Source: a virus
Taxonomy: Duplodnaviria > Caudoviricetes
DNA length: 64,000 bases
IMG/VR virus record: IMGVR_UViG_3300010885_080481
Direction: 5' to 3' (one strand)
Each line of letters starts with the position of its first letter. Positions within the stretch are counted from its first letter, which is position 1. Positions 37,543-47,081 of the stretch are shown here, piece by piece. The position numbers and the translations under genes were made by a program. The notes beneath the pieces were generated by a model. It ran no database searches. It saw nothing but the letters and a program-made list of their open reading frames with translations, and had not been told where the DNA came from.

Positions 37543-40424
37543 TGCCTACGTCCCGATCTTCTCGTACTCCTCCTCCGCGTTTATTTGCTGACTACATTCT
37601 AACCTGGGAGGTCGGTAAAAATTCTGGTTTATCTAGAGTAGATAAGACTCTATTTTCTCCGATACCTGGTAGTGTGGGACAACCTGACACCGATGATGCA
37701 GTTTCTGCTGTTCTAGACATCGGATTTATTTTTAAGTTTGAAAATAAAAACTATACAAAGTATGTCGTTTCGACAGACGGATGGATAGCTTTAATAGATC
37801 CAGATTTTTCGACATTTACGTTGACAGACATTCTTGAATCAGGAGCTGCTACGCGTAATAACTCCAAAATTAAAGATACATTTACAAAAAACCACGTTTT
37901 ATTAGCTCCGTGGTTTGACGATCTTGTCAATAAAAAAGGTAATTTAAACTACATCTTGTCTTTGGCGACTCGTGATAGGATGGAAAAAGGTATCGCTCCT
38001 TTATTACCGAACTATCACCCTTCCGAAAATGGAGTCCAATACTATTTGGATAAAAATTCGAGGTTAGGGAAGCGTTTGATAATCCGTTGGAACTCGATAC
38101 ATTCTCAATCTACTCACATTTTAACTTTTGAGAGCGTGATTTACGAAAATGGTCGAATTGAATTTAGATATGCCCCTAGATCTAATTGGTTTACATCACC
38201 CAATGATGGTAAGCAAGCTGCAACTTGCGGCATTTTTTTAAATAACGATCAGGATATTAAACACGGACCTTTTAGAGATTTTTCTCCTTTGTTTGGGTAT
38301 AGACCCTATGATAGACCTGAATACGTTTATGGGGGCGCTACATATAATGCGGCGTACACTGATACTGATGCAATAGAAAGTGACTCAGTTAATTACACTG
38401 TTAATTTAGATCCCAGCATCCATTGGCCAGGACAAAATCGTTTAGGGGCAACTGTTATATTCCAACCTCCATTAAATCGAAGGAAGATTTTACCTAGACA
38501 AACATTGAGAGATAGAGATAATAGATTAAACTTACCTGTAGTTTCTAGAACCGGTGCTGGCTATAATTCTAATTCTTCTTTTTTTGACGATAGAACTTCA
38601 ATTACCTATGGAGTACGCAAAAGAACCGTTAATAGACAAACTGTCTATTTAAGCGGATCTAATCTGTTAAATTACCCTACAACGATTCCTCGTTTTTATG
38701 GGAATTCGCAGGAAGGGATTTCTGATAGACAAAACTTGTTTGCTGGAGATTTTCTTGTCACAGCTTCCACTTCAAAATCTCTGGTTCAAGACCTAATAGG
38801 CAATTCAGTTCAAGAATACGTTACACCCTTTAATGAATCTTTACTGTTTGCTAACGAAAATAAAGCATCTCAGGATCCATTTTTCTCAGTAGGCACTTCA
38901 ATCGAAGATGTTGGTCTTGGATTTTCTCAACCATTAAAATCCAAGACGCAGATTCGCATGTCTATGAGAGTTGATCATAAGACAAGAATGTTTGAAGCAT
39001 CCTCCAGCATTTATTACTTTAGTCCCACCACTAAACGTTGGCAGTATCCAACTTCATCTTTTGTTGGTGGAGGAGATGACATAGCCAGTCCATACTCAGA
39101 AGTCTATCGATCCAGGTTGGTCGAGGTTGATAGAGGATTTAACGCATTCGGATTCAATATCTGTTCAGGATCTAACTCTGCGATTCGTCGATTTTTTGAA
39201 TATGGGACTGATGATATCTTTAATCAAGGGTGGACTAAAGAGAATGAAACGATTGCTCTTAACAAAACCTACAGTAAAAGTGTACAAAATGATACAAGAT
39301 ATTCTGCCACCAATAATGAATTTTTTACCGTACCTATTTCTCATCCTTTTTTGTTAGAAAAAGCAGTTATAGAAATACCGATAGAAGCTGGACCTGGATG
39401 GTTTAATGATAAGACTCAATGCTTTTTACCAATCGCCAACACGTATAGCGGATGGAGTCCATTTGCTAGAAGTTATCCTTTCGACGTAGGCGGCCCAGGA
39501 GTTACGATTGCATTGTTCAATCAAGTCAACATTGGTGGGGGGAGAACTAGAAGAGATCTCATTCTTTCTGGAACAATCACTCATGAGTTTGATGACGTCA
39601 CCAATATTGTATACTCTCGTGCTCCTGACCTAGGAAGTCTTGGTGGCGACGTTTGGCAGATAGTTCCTCAAGGATTTAACGCTTATGGCACGCCTTCAAC
39701 TGTCGTAAGCGGGTCAAATCAATTTTTCACTGGCACTGTACGAGTAAAGTGCGAAGCAGCCATATCGAATGGCGTGATGGTCAGGGACACAATTTATGCA
39801 AACCAAACCAGCTACGTTGATTACCTGACAGGGTCTCTAGAAAACATATTCAATTTTCCAGAGTGGTCGTTGGTAGGTAGAGGTAACATTGAAAACTTCA
39901 ATCAAGATCCAGGAGGGAATGGGTTTAGAGAACGCACCATCGTAGCTGTCAACAATCTCGGCCGCGGGGGCACCGGATTTGAACCTTCTGGCAGGTCTAT
40001 ATTTGGTAAAGAATACGTGACGTCCCAAGGATTATCTCAAAAGTCTTATCCAAACGTTTTTTACAAATACAAGAATAGTAGCATCTTGAATGAATTAAAA
40101 ACGATTGCCTCCACCGCAAGCCCAACTCCCGAATTTTATGCGACTTCTGTTGTAAACCAACAAACGAGTAAAGCATCTCCTTATTTGCTGTTTCCTAACG
40201 ATAAATTGATTTTATCTGTTTCCAAGACTAGACCTTACTTCTTTTCAACTGAAGTTTCTTCGCCTTATACGACAGGTTCTATTCAACATGATATAAAGTT
40301 AAGCACTGGTAGCATTAACATTACGTTGTATGGAAGTTTGGTCGCAAATGGTCAAGAGTTTCATAATAATTCTAGTCAAATAGCATCTGATGCTGTCCAC
40401 GAAGTGATTTTTGGAGATATTTGA
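37542..40424 (+). CDS. Large virion structural protein with N-terminal NIDO-like beta domain
   Basis: FIFKFENKNY...VSTDGWI, LLAPWFDDL, LIIRWN, FESVIYENGRIEFRY. Confidence 0.6.
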   Translation: MPTSRSSRTPPPRLFADYILTWEVGKNSGLSRVDKTLFSPIPGSVGQPDTDDAVSAVLDIGFIFKFENKNYTKYVVSTDGWIALIDPDFSTFTLTDILESGAATRNNSKIKDTFTKNHVLLAPWFDDLVNKKGNLNYILSLATRDRMEKGIAPLLPNYHPSENGVQYYLDKNSRLGKRLIIRWNSIHSQSTHILTFESVIYENGRIEFRYAPRSNWFTSPNDGKQAATCGIFLNNDQDIKHGPFRDFSPLFGYRPYDRPEYVYGGATYNAAYTDTDAIESDSVNYTVNLDPSIHWPGQNRLGATVIFQPPLNRRKILPRQTLRDRDNRLNLPVVSRTGAGYNSNSSFFDDRTSITYGVRKRTVNRQTVYLSGSNLLNYPTTIPRFYGNSQEGISDRQNLFAGDFLVTASTSKSLVQDLIGNSVQEYVTPFNESLLFANENKASQDPFFSVGTSIEDVGLGFSQPLKSKTQIRMSMRVDHKTRMFEASSSIYYFSPTTKRWQYPTSSFVGGGDDIASPYSEVYRSRLVEVDRGFNAFGFNICSGSNSAIRRFFEYGTDDIFNQGWTKENETIALNKTYSKSVQNDTRYSATNNEFFTVPISHPFLLEKAVIEIPIEAGPGWFNDKTQCFLPIANTYSGWSPFARSYPFDVGGPGVTIALFNQVNIGGGRTRRDLILSGTITHEFDDVTNIVYSRAPDLGSLGGDVWQIVPQGFNAYGTPSTVVSGSNQFFTGTVRVKCEAAISNGVMVRDTIYANQTSYVDYLTGSLENIFNFPEWSLVGRGNIENFNQDPGGNGFRERTIVAVNNLGRGGTGFEPSGRSIFGKEYVTSQGLSQKSYPNVFYKYKNSSILNELKTIASTASPTPEFYATSVVNQQTSKASPYLLFPNDKLILSVSKTRPYFFSTEVSSPYTTGSIQHDIKLSTGSINITLYGSLVANGQEFHNNSSQIASDAVHEVIFGDI

Positions 40425-40428
40425 TAAC

Positions 40429-41880
40429 ATGATAACGTTGTTAGACCAATACGAGGTTGAGTATAAGGAATCTTATATATCGGGAAGCCATGACCAAGTG
40501 GTCATGGGAAAGATGTTTTACCGTGTTGTAGATAGAGGAATTAAAAAATACGTATATGGATCTAGAGGCGTCGCTTATGGAGCTATAAATGCTCAATATG
40601 CGTCCACACCGGGTACATCTATTTTTGATTTTAACACATCTAGATCCTACAGAGCTCAACCTTACAGAGAGAAAGCTGGCAATACTAGAGCAACTAAACA
40701 TTCATGTTTAGAAGAAAGAATATATGATTCCATGCCCCCAGATGCATTGTCATGTTTTAAAAGAAATAACGCGAATGTTTTTGTAATAGAAAGAACGGCA
40801 GACGAAGCGCCCGGATATTCTGCGGGTACTTCTGGAGTAGATATTTTTTTAAATGGATTTTTGATGTTTGATAGTTACATCCCTCCATATTCAGGACATA
40901 GAGATAATTTTAATTTAGGTACAGACAAATACTGGACAAGATCTTTTCCCTTTGAGCCTAGATACGCAGATGTTAAAAGAGAAAAATCTCAAAATTTTTC
41001 CAATTCGGTGCTTGCAAATTTTAAAGCTCTTTTTAGACATGATTCTTCACAAAATTTCGTAGCTTTAAGAACTAAAAGAAAAGTAAAAGGCCTCATATTA
41101 GGAACTTTCGCACCCGCCCGCGGCGTTCTTAAACATGATACTGCAAATTTACTATCATCCTATCTGCTTCCAACCCCCTGGAAGCATAGATGGGTAGTAG
41201 ATATGGATTCTACAAAAAAGGTTTTTGTCGGCAGCGCCGCCAATTTAACTTCATCATGCGGTGATGATGACATGATGAAAGTCTTATATGGATTTGGTGA
41301 TATTAATACTATTTTCTACACGTCTTCGTATACCGACAGCGAAAATTCCACTGGATATGCAATGTTAGGTACAAACAATTGGCCTGATTTTAGAATAAAT
41401 AACAACACCAACTATGCAGCTCCAAGTGGATCTTACGAATGGATCACCGGTAGTGTGTGGTCAGCATCACCTGTTATACGCGGGTGGAAATACGGATTGT
41501 ATAGCGGATTACCTGCTTATACTTCTGCTTATTATAGACAAGGTCGTTACGGCCAATTTAGAGACATGTTAGAACAAAGACAGTTTACCAAGTTGTTGAA
41601 TAAGTCAACTTCTCAAAAATCAAATTTAAACAATGAAAGTTTATTTAGCGTCGAAAAGTCAAGCATTGGCACTTCTCCTGTAACTGTAAAATTTTTAGAC
41701 GCAGATGGTAACTTAGTTGAACCAGGTAGAACGCAGTCTCAAAACCTAAGCGAAGAGGTGACGTCTTCTTTGCCTTTCTTTGATCTAACACAACGTAACA
41801 GGCCTGAAAATGTTCGTTCTTTGACAAACCTTAAGCTGCTAAACTTCACCGTAGATCAGTTTAGAAATACGATCTTGTGA
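40429..41880 (+). CDS. Hypothetical virion structural protein
   Basis: Continuous ORF in the baseplate operon; start set at ATG 40429 after the upstream stop; C-terminal GRYGQFRDMLEQR, NLS.EVTSSLPFFD. Confidence 0.6.
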   Translation: MITLLDQYEVEYKESYISGSHDQVVMGKMFYRVVDRGIKKYVYGSRGVAYGAINAQYASTPGTSIFDFNTSRSYRAQPYREKAGNTRATKHSCLEERIYDSMPPDALSCFKRNNANVFVIERTADEAPGYSAGTSGVDIFLNGFLMFDSYIPPYSGHRDNFNLGTDKYWTRSFPFEPRYADVKREKSQNFSNSVLANFKALFRHDSSQNFVALRTKRKVKGLILGTFAPARGVLKHDTANLLSSYLLPTPWKHRWVVDMDSTKKVFVGSAANLTSSCGDDDMMKVLYGFGDINTIFYTSSYTDSENSTGYAMLGTNNWPDFRINNNTNYAAPSGSYEWITGSVWSASPVIRGWKYGLYSGLPAYTSAYYRQGRYGQFRDMLEQRQFTKLLNKSTSQKSNLNNESLFSVEKSSIGTSPVTVKFLDADGNLVEPGRTQSQNLSEEVTSSLPFFDLTQRNRPENVRSLTNLKLLNFTVDQFRNTIL

Positions 41881-41881
41881 C

Positions 41882-42340
41882 ATGACAATCGCCAAATACA
41901 ACATAGATAGTTCACCTTTCATCTTTGCTCAAGACTCGCAAAGTAAAAACGTAGAACTAGTAGTAGTTCCTTCTAACTTCCAGGTTGGGATAAAGGATTC
42001 CCCTGCGGATACCACACTCATGGGAAGGCTGTCCGTTTCGACTGCTGTATACCAACCTAACAGCAAGAATAGATACACTGTAAATCTAGACTCATTTGTG
42101 ACAGTAGCAATAATAGACGTAATCGATAGGCAGCCCACGACGGTGAACCTACCAGGAGCCGTAAGGAATGGTCACATCGTGTATGTGAAAGACAAGAATG
42201 GGATGGCAGGTAGCTTTACCATAACTGTTTCTGCGAATAACTCAAAAATTGACGGTTCTTTAACGACAACGATTTCTACTAATTATGGCAGCAAGTGTTT
42301 TTGCTGGTATGTTGATCGATGGTCCATTATTTCTGCTTAA
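41882..42340 (+). CDS. Small tail-fibre-like protein
   Basis: C-terminal module LP...NG...VKD...IDG...ISTNYGS...W, also found at the C-terminus of the 49388 fibre. Confidence 0.6.
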   Translation: MTIAKYNIDSSPFIFAQDSQSKNVELVVVPSNFQVGIKDSPADTTLMGRLSVSTAVYQPNSKNRYTVNLDSFVTVAIIDVIDRQPTTVNLPGAVRNGHIVYVKDKNGMAGSFTITVSANNSKIDGSLTTTISTNYGSKCFCWYVDRWSIISA

Positions 42341-42475
42341 CGTTTCTACAAGCTGTAATTGAAGTTGCGATTCTTCTGATCGATTTACTTTAGGATCGCC
42401 GCCGCTCTTTTCAGCTTCTTGCGTTACTTCTACCAACAACGTCTCTGAGTTGCCCAATAGGTCTATAGTAATCAT
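42260..42475 (-). CDS. Possible small hypothetical protein (71 aa)
   Basis: SD-like AAGGTG 4 nt before the ATG; overlaps the 3' end of 41882-42340 convergently by 81 nt. Confidence 0.35.
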   Translation of the reverse strand: MITIDLLGNSETLLVEVTQEAEKSGGDPKVNRSEESQLQLQLVETLSRNNGPSINIPAKTLAAIISRNRCR

Positions 42476-42505
42476 AGATCACCTTATAAATAATTATTCA
42501 TAATG

Positions 42506-42985
42506 TCATACTATATTTTCCTTCGTTGATTTTTTGATTAAATCTTCGATTGTTTCGTTGTCTTGGAACAATTCTTCGAAATTAAATTGTTCGTCTTCAT
42601 CATGCAACGATCTTATGTGAATTCCACTTTTTTCTCCTTCGATTAATCGTAGATGATCCGTTAATATCCATCCGAAATGAACTGATATCAACGACCCATC
42701 ATTTTTCCTCTTAGGAGACATCGTGGCCTTAATTAATCTTAAAAAGCTCGTTGAAGTGGGGGTAGGCTTGCTGTAATCTATATGACATCCGTTCCATTCA
42801 ACCTCTAACCATTGTCCTCGTCGTAAAGAGACAGTCTCTACCTCTGGATGCTTCTTCAAAAGATTTACGATATTTTTCTTTTCTGAGTTTGCGACAAGAG
42901 AATGCAAAAGAGACGATTCAGGAAACAAATAGAAATATTTTGTCTTTGTTTCCTCACCAGACAACGATACTTTGCATTTTTTCAT
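42506..42985 (-). CDS. Hypothetical protein
   Basis: 159-aa ORF in the minus-strand islet; no recognisable motif. Confidence 0.7.
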   Translation of the reverse strand: MKKCKVSLSGEETKTKYFYLFPESSLLHSLVANSEKKNIVNLLKKHPEVETVSLRRGQWLEVEWNGCHIDYSKPTPTSTSFLRLIKATMSPKRKNDGSLISVHFGWILTDHLRLIEGEKSGIHIRSLHDEDEQFNFEELFQDNETIEDLIKKSTKENIV

Positions 42986-42998
42986 TATTGTTTACGAA

Positions 42999-43010
42999 TT
43001 TATAACACAA
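42999..43010 (-). promoter_or_regulatory. Candidate extended -10 element TTGTGTTATAAA
   Basis: Intergenic, 13 nt upstream of ATG 42985; 11/12 match to 21317-21328. Confidence 0.35.
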
Positions 43011-43035
43011 TGTAACGTAAAGTTTATTGAAGATC

Positions 43036-43398
43036 TTAAATGGGTTTCAACCTGTGCACGATTTTATTGATGACTGAAGCCTCATCTGGACCTAGAGCTA
43101 CGCACGCGATTTTATTGCCTTTTGCGTTGGCATGCGTTTCTATTCCCATAAATTCAGCCCTAGACATTATGTCTTGTAGCTGTTCTTCTGAATCCACTCC
43201 TAAGACGACTTGATTAACAGAACCTGTTAACCAGCATGCTTCATTGTTCGATAGCGTGACAAATATTTGATCACCCCTAGAAGATTCATTGTTTTCAATC
43301 AAAAATTTCAACGAAGCGGCAGCAACTTGAGCAGCAATTTCTCCTTTTTTCATGTTTAAATCGTTACGAACCACGATGACTTGTTTTATATCGTCCAT
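43036..43398 (-). CDS. pth2: Peptidyl-tRNA hydrolase 2 (Pth2) homologue, catalytic motifs degenerate
   Basis: KQVIVVRNDLNM.KG.IAAQVA, V.SEEQL, CVALGP...I.KI...L. GK becomes GE, HA becomes AA, and DAGxT is absent. Confidence 0.85.
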   Translation of the reverse strand: MDDIKQVIVVRNDLNMKKGEIAAQVAAASLKFLIENNESSRGDQIFVTLSNNEACWLTGSVNQVVLGVDSEEQLQDIMSRAEFMGIETHANAKGNKIACVALGPDEASVINKIVHRLKPI

Positions 43399-43422
43399 TT
43401 ACGACCTCACTTCAATAAGAGT

Positions 43423-43902
43423 CTACGTTTCTTCATTCAAAATTTCTTGTCGAACCTCCTGAAGAATTCTACCCAACCAGTTTTCTCCTTTCCCGTTGAC
43501 AACACCCCAAAATTTATCATTCCAGCAGTTTTCGTTAATCAACTCTTTATTATTCGTTTCTAACAATCTCCACTTCAAAAATGGATTTTCGAACTTTTCT
43601 TTGATTAGAAATTTCATGATGTTGACACGTACCTCGCGCCAATCAGGACGCACTAAAATAGATTGCCCTAACCTCTTTGCTTTGTTCGGGTCAGGGGCTT
43701 TTCTTATAATTTCTCTTGTGCTATTGTCTAAAGTTTTGGACGCCTGATATGCATGCTCGACCGTCGGGTATAATGCACCTTCGTACGCAACGGTCGATGC
43801 AAAGAAGTTAGATAAAAAATCATAACCGGTTTTTCTTGAAAACCCGACGATCGAGTCTCTTTCATTATTTTTGAGATTTTGCTCTTCGGAGTCCTTCTTC
43901 AT
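43423..43902 (-). CDS. NADAR (YbiA-like) family protein
   Basis: FLSNF, YPTVEHAYQASK, AKRLG, W...R..IM...KF, LL.T...EL, WNDKFWG, GENWLGRIL.EVR. Confidence 0.9.
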   Translation of the reverse strand: MKKDSEEQNLKNNERDSIVGFSRKTGYDFLSNFFASTVAYEGALYPTVEHAYQASKTLDNSTREIIRKAPDPNKAKRLGQSILVRPDWREVRVNIMKFLIKEKFENPFLKWRLLETNNKELINENCWNDKFWGVVNGKGENWLGRILQEVRQEILNEET

Positions 43903-44404
43903 ATAAAGCGGCCAAATTTCTCGAGTATAGCTCTTCGTCAGATCTATAATAATTACATCTTTTCAAAGAAGAAGCTGCCGCTCGTGGATCTCTAAGTCTA
44001 AAATTTTTTATTGTTATAGGACATCTGTCTTGCAAAAATAGCCAGTATGCCTCGGCTCCCTTTATGAAATTAGGAAAAGACTTGAATGTGCTTTTACCAA
44101 AATGACTATAATAAGGACCGTCAAACTTGTCTGGAAAATACCCGATGTTCCCCAAGTTGTAGTTCCAAACCTTTTTACCTTTTGCATTTTCTAGAGAAAT
44201 TTGTGCCCACGCCCCCGCCACGACATTTTCGTGGGGTATATCTCCATTTATGTTCAAATAAGACTCATTCAATATTTTTACTAGATCATCTTTGTCTACT
44301 GGCGTGGATATTCTATCATGTTTTATGTTCAAACTATTTGTCGACGCTAAGGTTAAAATTCCACTAACTGCAAAAGAATACAAAACTTTTATAGACGCTG
44401 CCAT
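43865..44404 (-). CDS. GH73/FlgJ-like glucosaminidase-type peptidoglycan hydrolase with N-terminal hydrophobic segment
   Basis: AQISLENA.G...NYNLGNI, F.SF..F..GA.AY..FL, A..L....YY; N-terminal VLYSFAVSGILTLAS. Confidence 0.55.
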   Translation of the reverse strand: MAASIKVLYSFAVSGILTLASTNSLNIKHDRISTPVDKDDLVKILNESYLNINGDIPHENVVAGAWAQISLENAKGKKVWNYNLGNIGYFPDKFDGPYYSHFGKSTFKSFPNFIKGAEAYWLFLQDRCPITIKNFRLRDPRAAASSLKRCNYYRSDEELYSRNLAALYEEGLRRAKSQK

Positions 44405-44444
44405 AAAGAACCTTTTATCTTACATTAGATTACAAAAGTTTACA

Positions 44445-44451
44445 TAAATAT
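44445..44451 (-). promoter_or_regulatory. Candidate late-promoter motif ATATTTA (minus strand)
   Basis: 40 nt upstream of ATG 44404; lies inside the inverted repeat TACAAAAGTT / AACTTTGTA (44431-44461). Confidence 0.35.
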
Positions 44452-44576
44452 CAACTTTGTAAGTTAAAGCGTGGTTGCATATTTGCTAAGTTTGATAAAT
44501 ACTGAAAGTATGACGCCACGTTAATTTATTAATTCGCAAAGAATCATACAATTGGTCTACCTAATTTGAGCTCTAG

Positions 44577-45545
44577 ATGGCAACCAACGATAAAAATAGA
44601 TTTAGAAAAACCTATTCATTCTTTAGAAACCCGCCTGTCTATGCTAGCGGTGGAGGAGGAGGCGGAGGTGGCTCGTCTGAACAATATTGGTATTCTACAA
44701 CAAATGATTCGATATACACCACTGGATCTGTCATCATTAGAGGAGATGAAACAGGATTAGATTCGCCATATGACGTCGGAACTGATGTGTTCTTTTTCGT
44801 CAGCGGTTCTATTGAGGCAACAGATCCAAACGAAAACAGGGTTTCAGTCTTTGGCGGAGATCTCGTAGTCAGCGGTACGTTTTTATTAGAGAGCGATTAC
44901 CTTGAGATAACTGGCACGTTAGTCGTGACAGAAGGCATCAGTGGGTCTCTTACAAGACTTGCTGACGGTACTTCGTATCTAATAGCTGGCAGCAATGTTA
45001 CGATAACTTCTCAATCTAACGGTTCTGTTATAATCTCTTCGACGGCCGGTGGCGGCGGCGGATCTTCAATCAACTTTTTTGACTCTACAACTGCTGGATC
45101 AGTGTACACGACTGGATCATTCGCATTTAGAGGTCAAGAGCTAATTGATTCTCCTTCAGACATAGGAACCGATGTTTTCTTTTTTGTTAGCGGCTCTGCG
45201 GGAACTATTAGCAACGAAAAATCTCTTTTTGGTGGCGATCTAGTCGTTAGCGGTTCATTCTCAACTTTTGCTGATACGTTAGAGATTACAGGATCTTTAA
45301 TTGTAACAGGAAGCTTACGGGTAACAGGTTCTATTGGAATAAGGGGATCGATAATTCCAGACGAAGATACGACATACACTCTTGGAACTTCCAATAAAAG
45401 ATGGAGTCACGTTTATACAGGCGATTTGCATCTGAGGAATGATCGAGGAGATTGGACCATCGTGGAAGAAAGAGATTTTTTGTGCGTAGTTAATAACATA
45501 ACTGGAAAAAAATACAAAATGATGTTGCAGCCGCTTGAAGACTGA
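44577..45545 (+). CDS. Tail-fibre/virion structural protein
   Basis: Two GTDVFFFVSGS...FGGDLVVSG modules, poly-Gly linkers, C-terminal [21 protein letters not shown] domain. Confidence 0.7.
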   Translation: MATNDKNRFRKTYSFFRNPPVYASGGGGGGGGSSEQYWYSTTNDSIYTTGSVIIRGDETGLDSPYDVGTDVFFFVSGSIEATDPNENRVSVFGGDLVVSGTFLLESDYLEITGTLVVTEGISGSLTRLADGTSYLIAGSNVTITSQSNGSVIISSTAGGGGGSSINFFDSTTAGSVYTTGSFAFRGQELIDSPSDIGTDVFFFVSGSAGTISNEKSLFGGDLVVSGSFSTFADTLEITGSLIVTGSLRVTGSIGIRGSIIPDEDTTYTLGTSNKRWSHVYTGDLHLRNDRGDWTIVEERDFLCVVNNITGKKYKMMLQPLED

Positions 45546-45552
45546 GATTCGT

Positions 45553-45559
45553 ATATTTA
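45553..45559 (+). promoter_or_regulatory. Candidate late-promoter motif ATATTTA
   Basis: Intergenic, 35 nt upstream of ATG 45595, which has a GGGGGA SD. Confidence 0.4.
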
Positions 45560-45594
45560 TCTCCGATGTTCATACATGAACTGGGGGATACAAG

Positions 45595-46986
<1,392 letters not shown>

Positions 46987-46994
46987 TAATCTAT

Positions 46995-47038
46995 CGGCCC
47001 GTTGCGGTTCACCCCTCCCGACTACAGCGGGCCGTTTT
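46995..47038 (+). terminator. Candidate intrinsic terminator hairpin
   Basis: CGGCCCGTTG ... CAGCGGGCCG (10 bp, one G.U pair, 20-nt loop) followed by TTTT, just after the 46986 stop. Confidence 0.55.
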
Positions 47039-47081
47039 ACGTGTTCCTAAACTATCAAAAAATTTGTAGTAGAATCGGTGT

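Noticed and set aside
42485-42492. Perfect T4 late promoter TATAAATA on the + strand
   Set aside because: No + strand gene follows for about 2 kb; it is more simply read as the TATTTA core on the minus strand, or as AT-rich chance.
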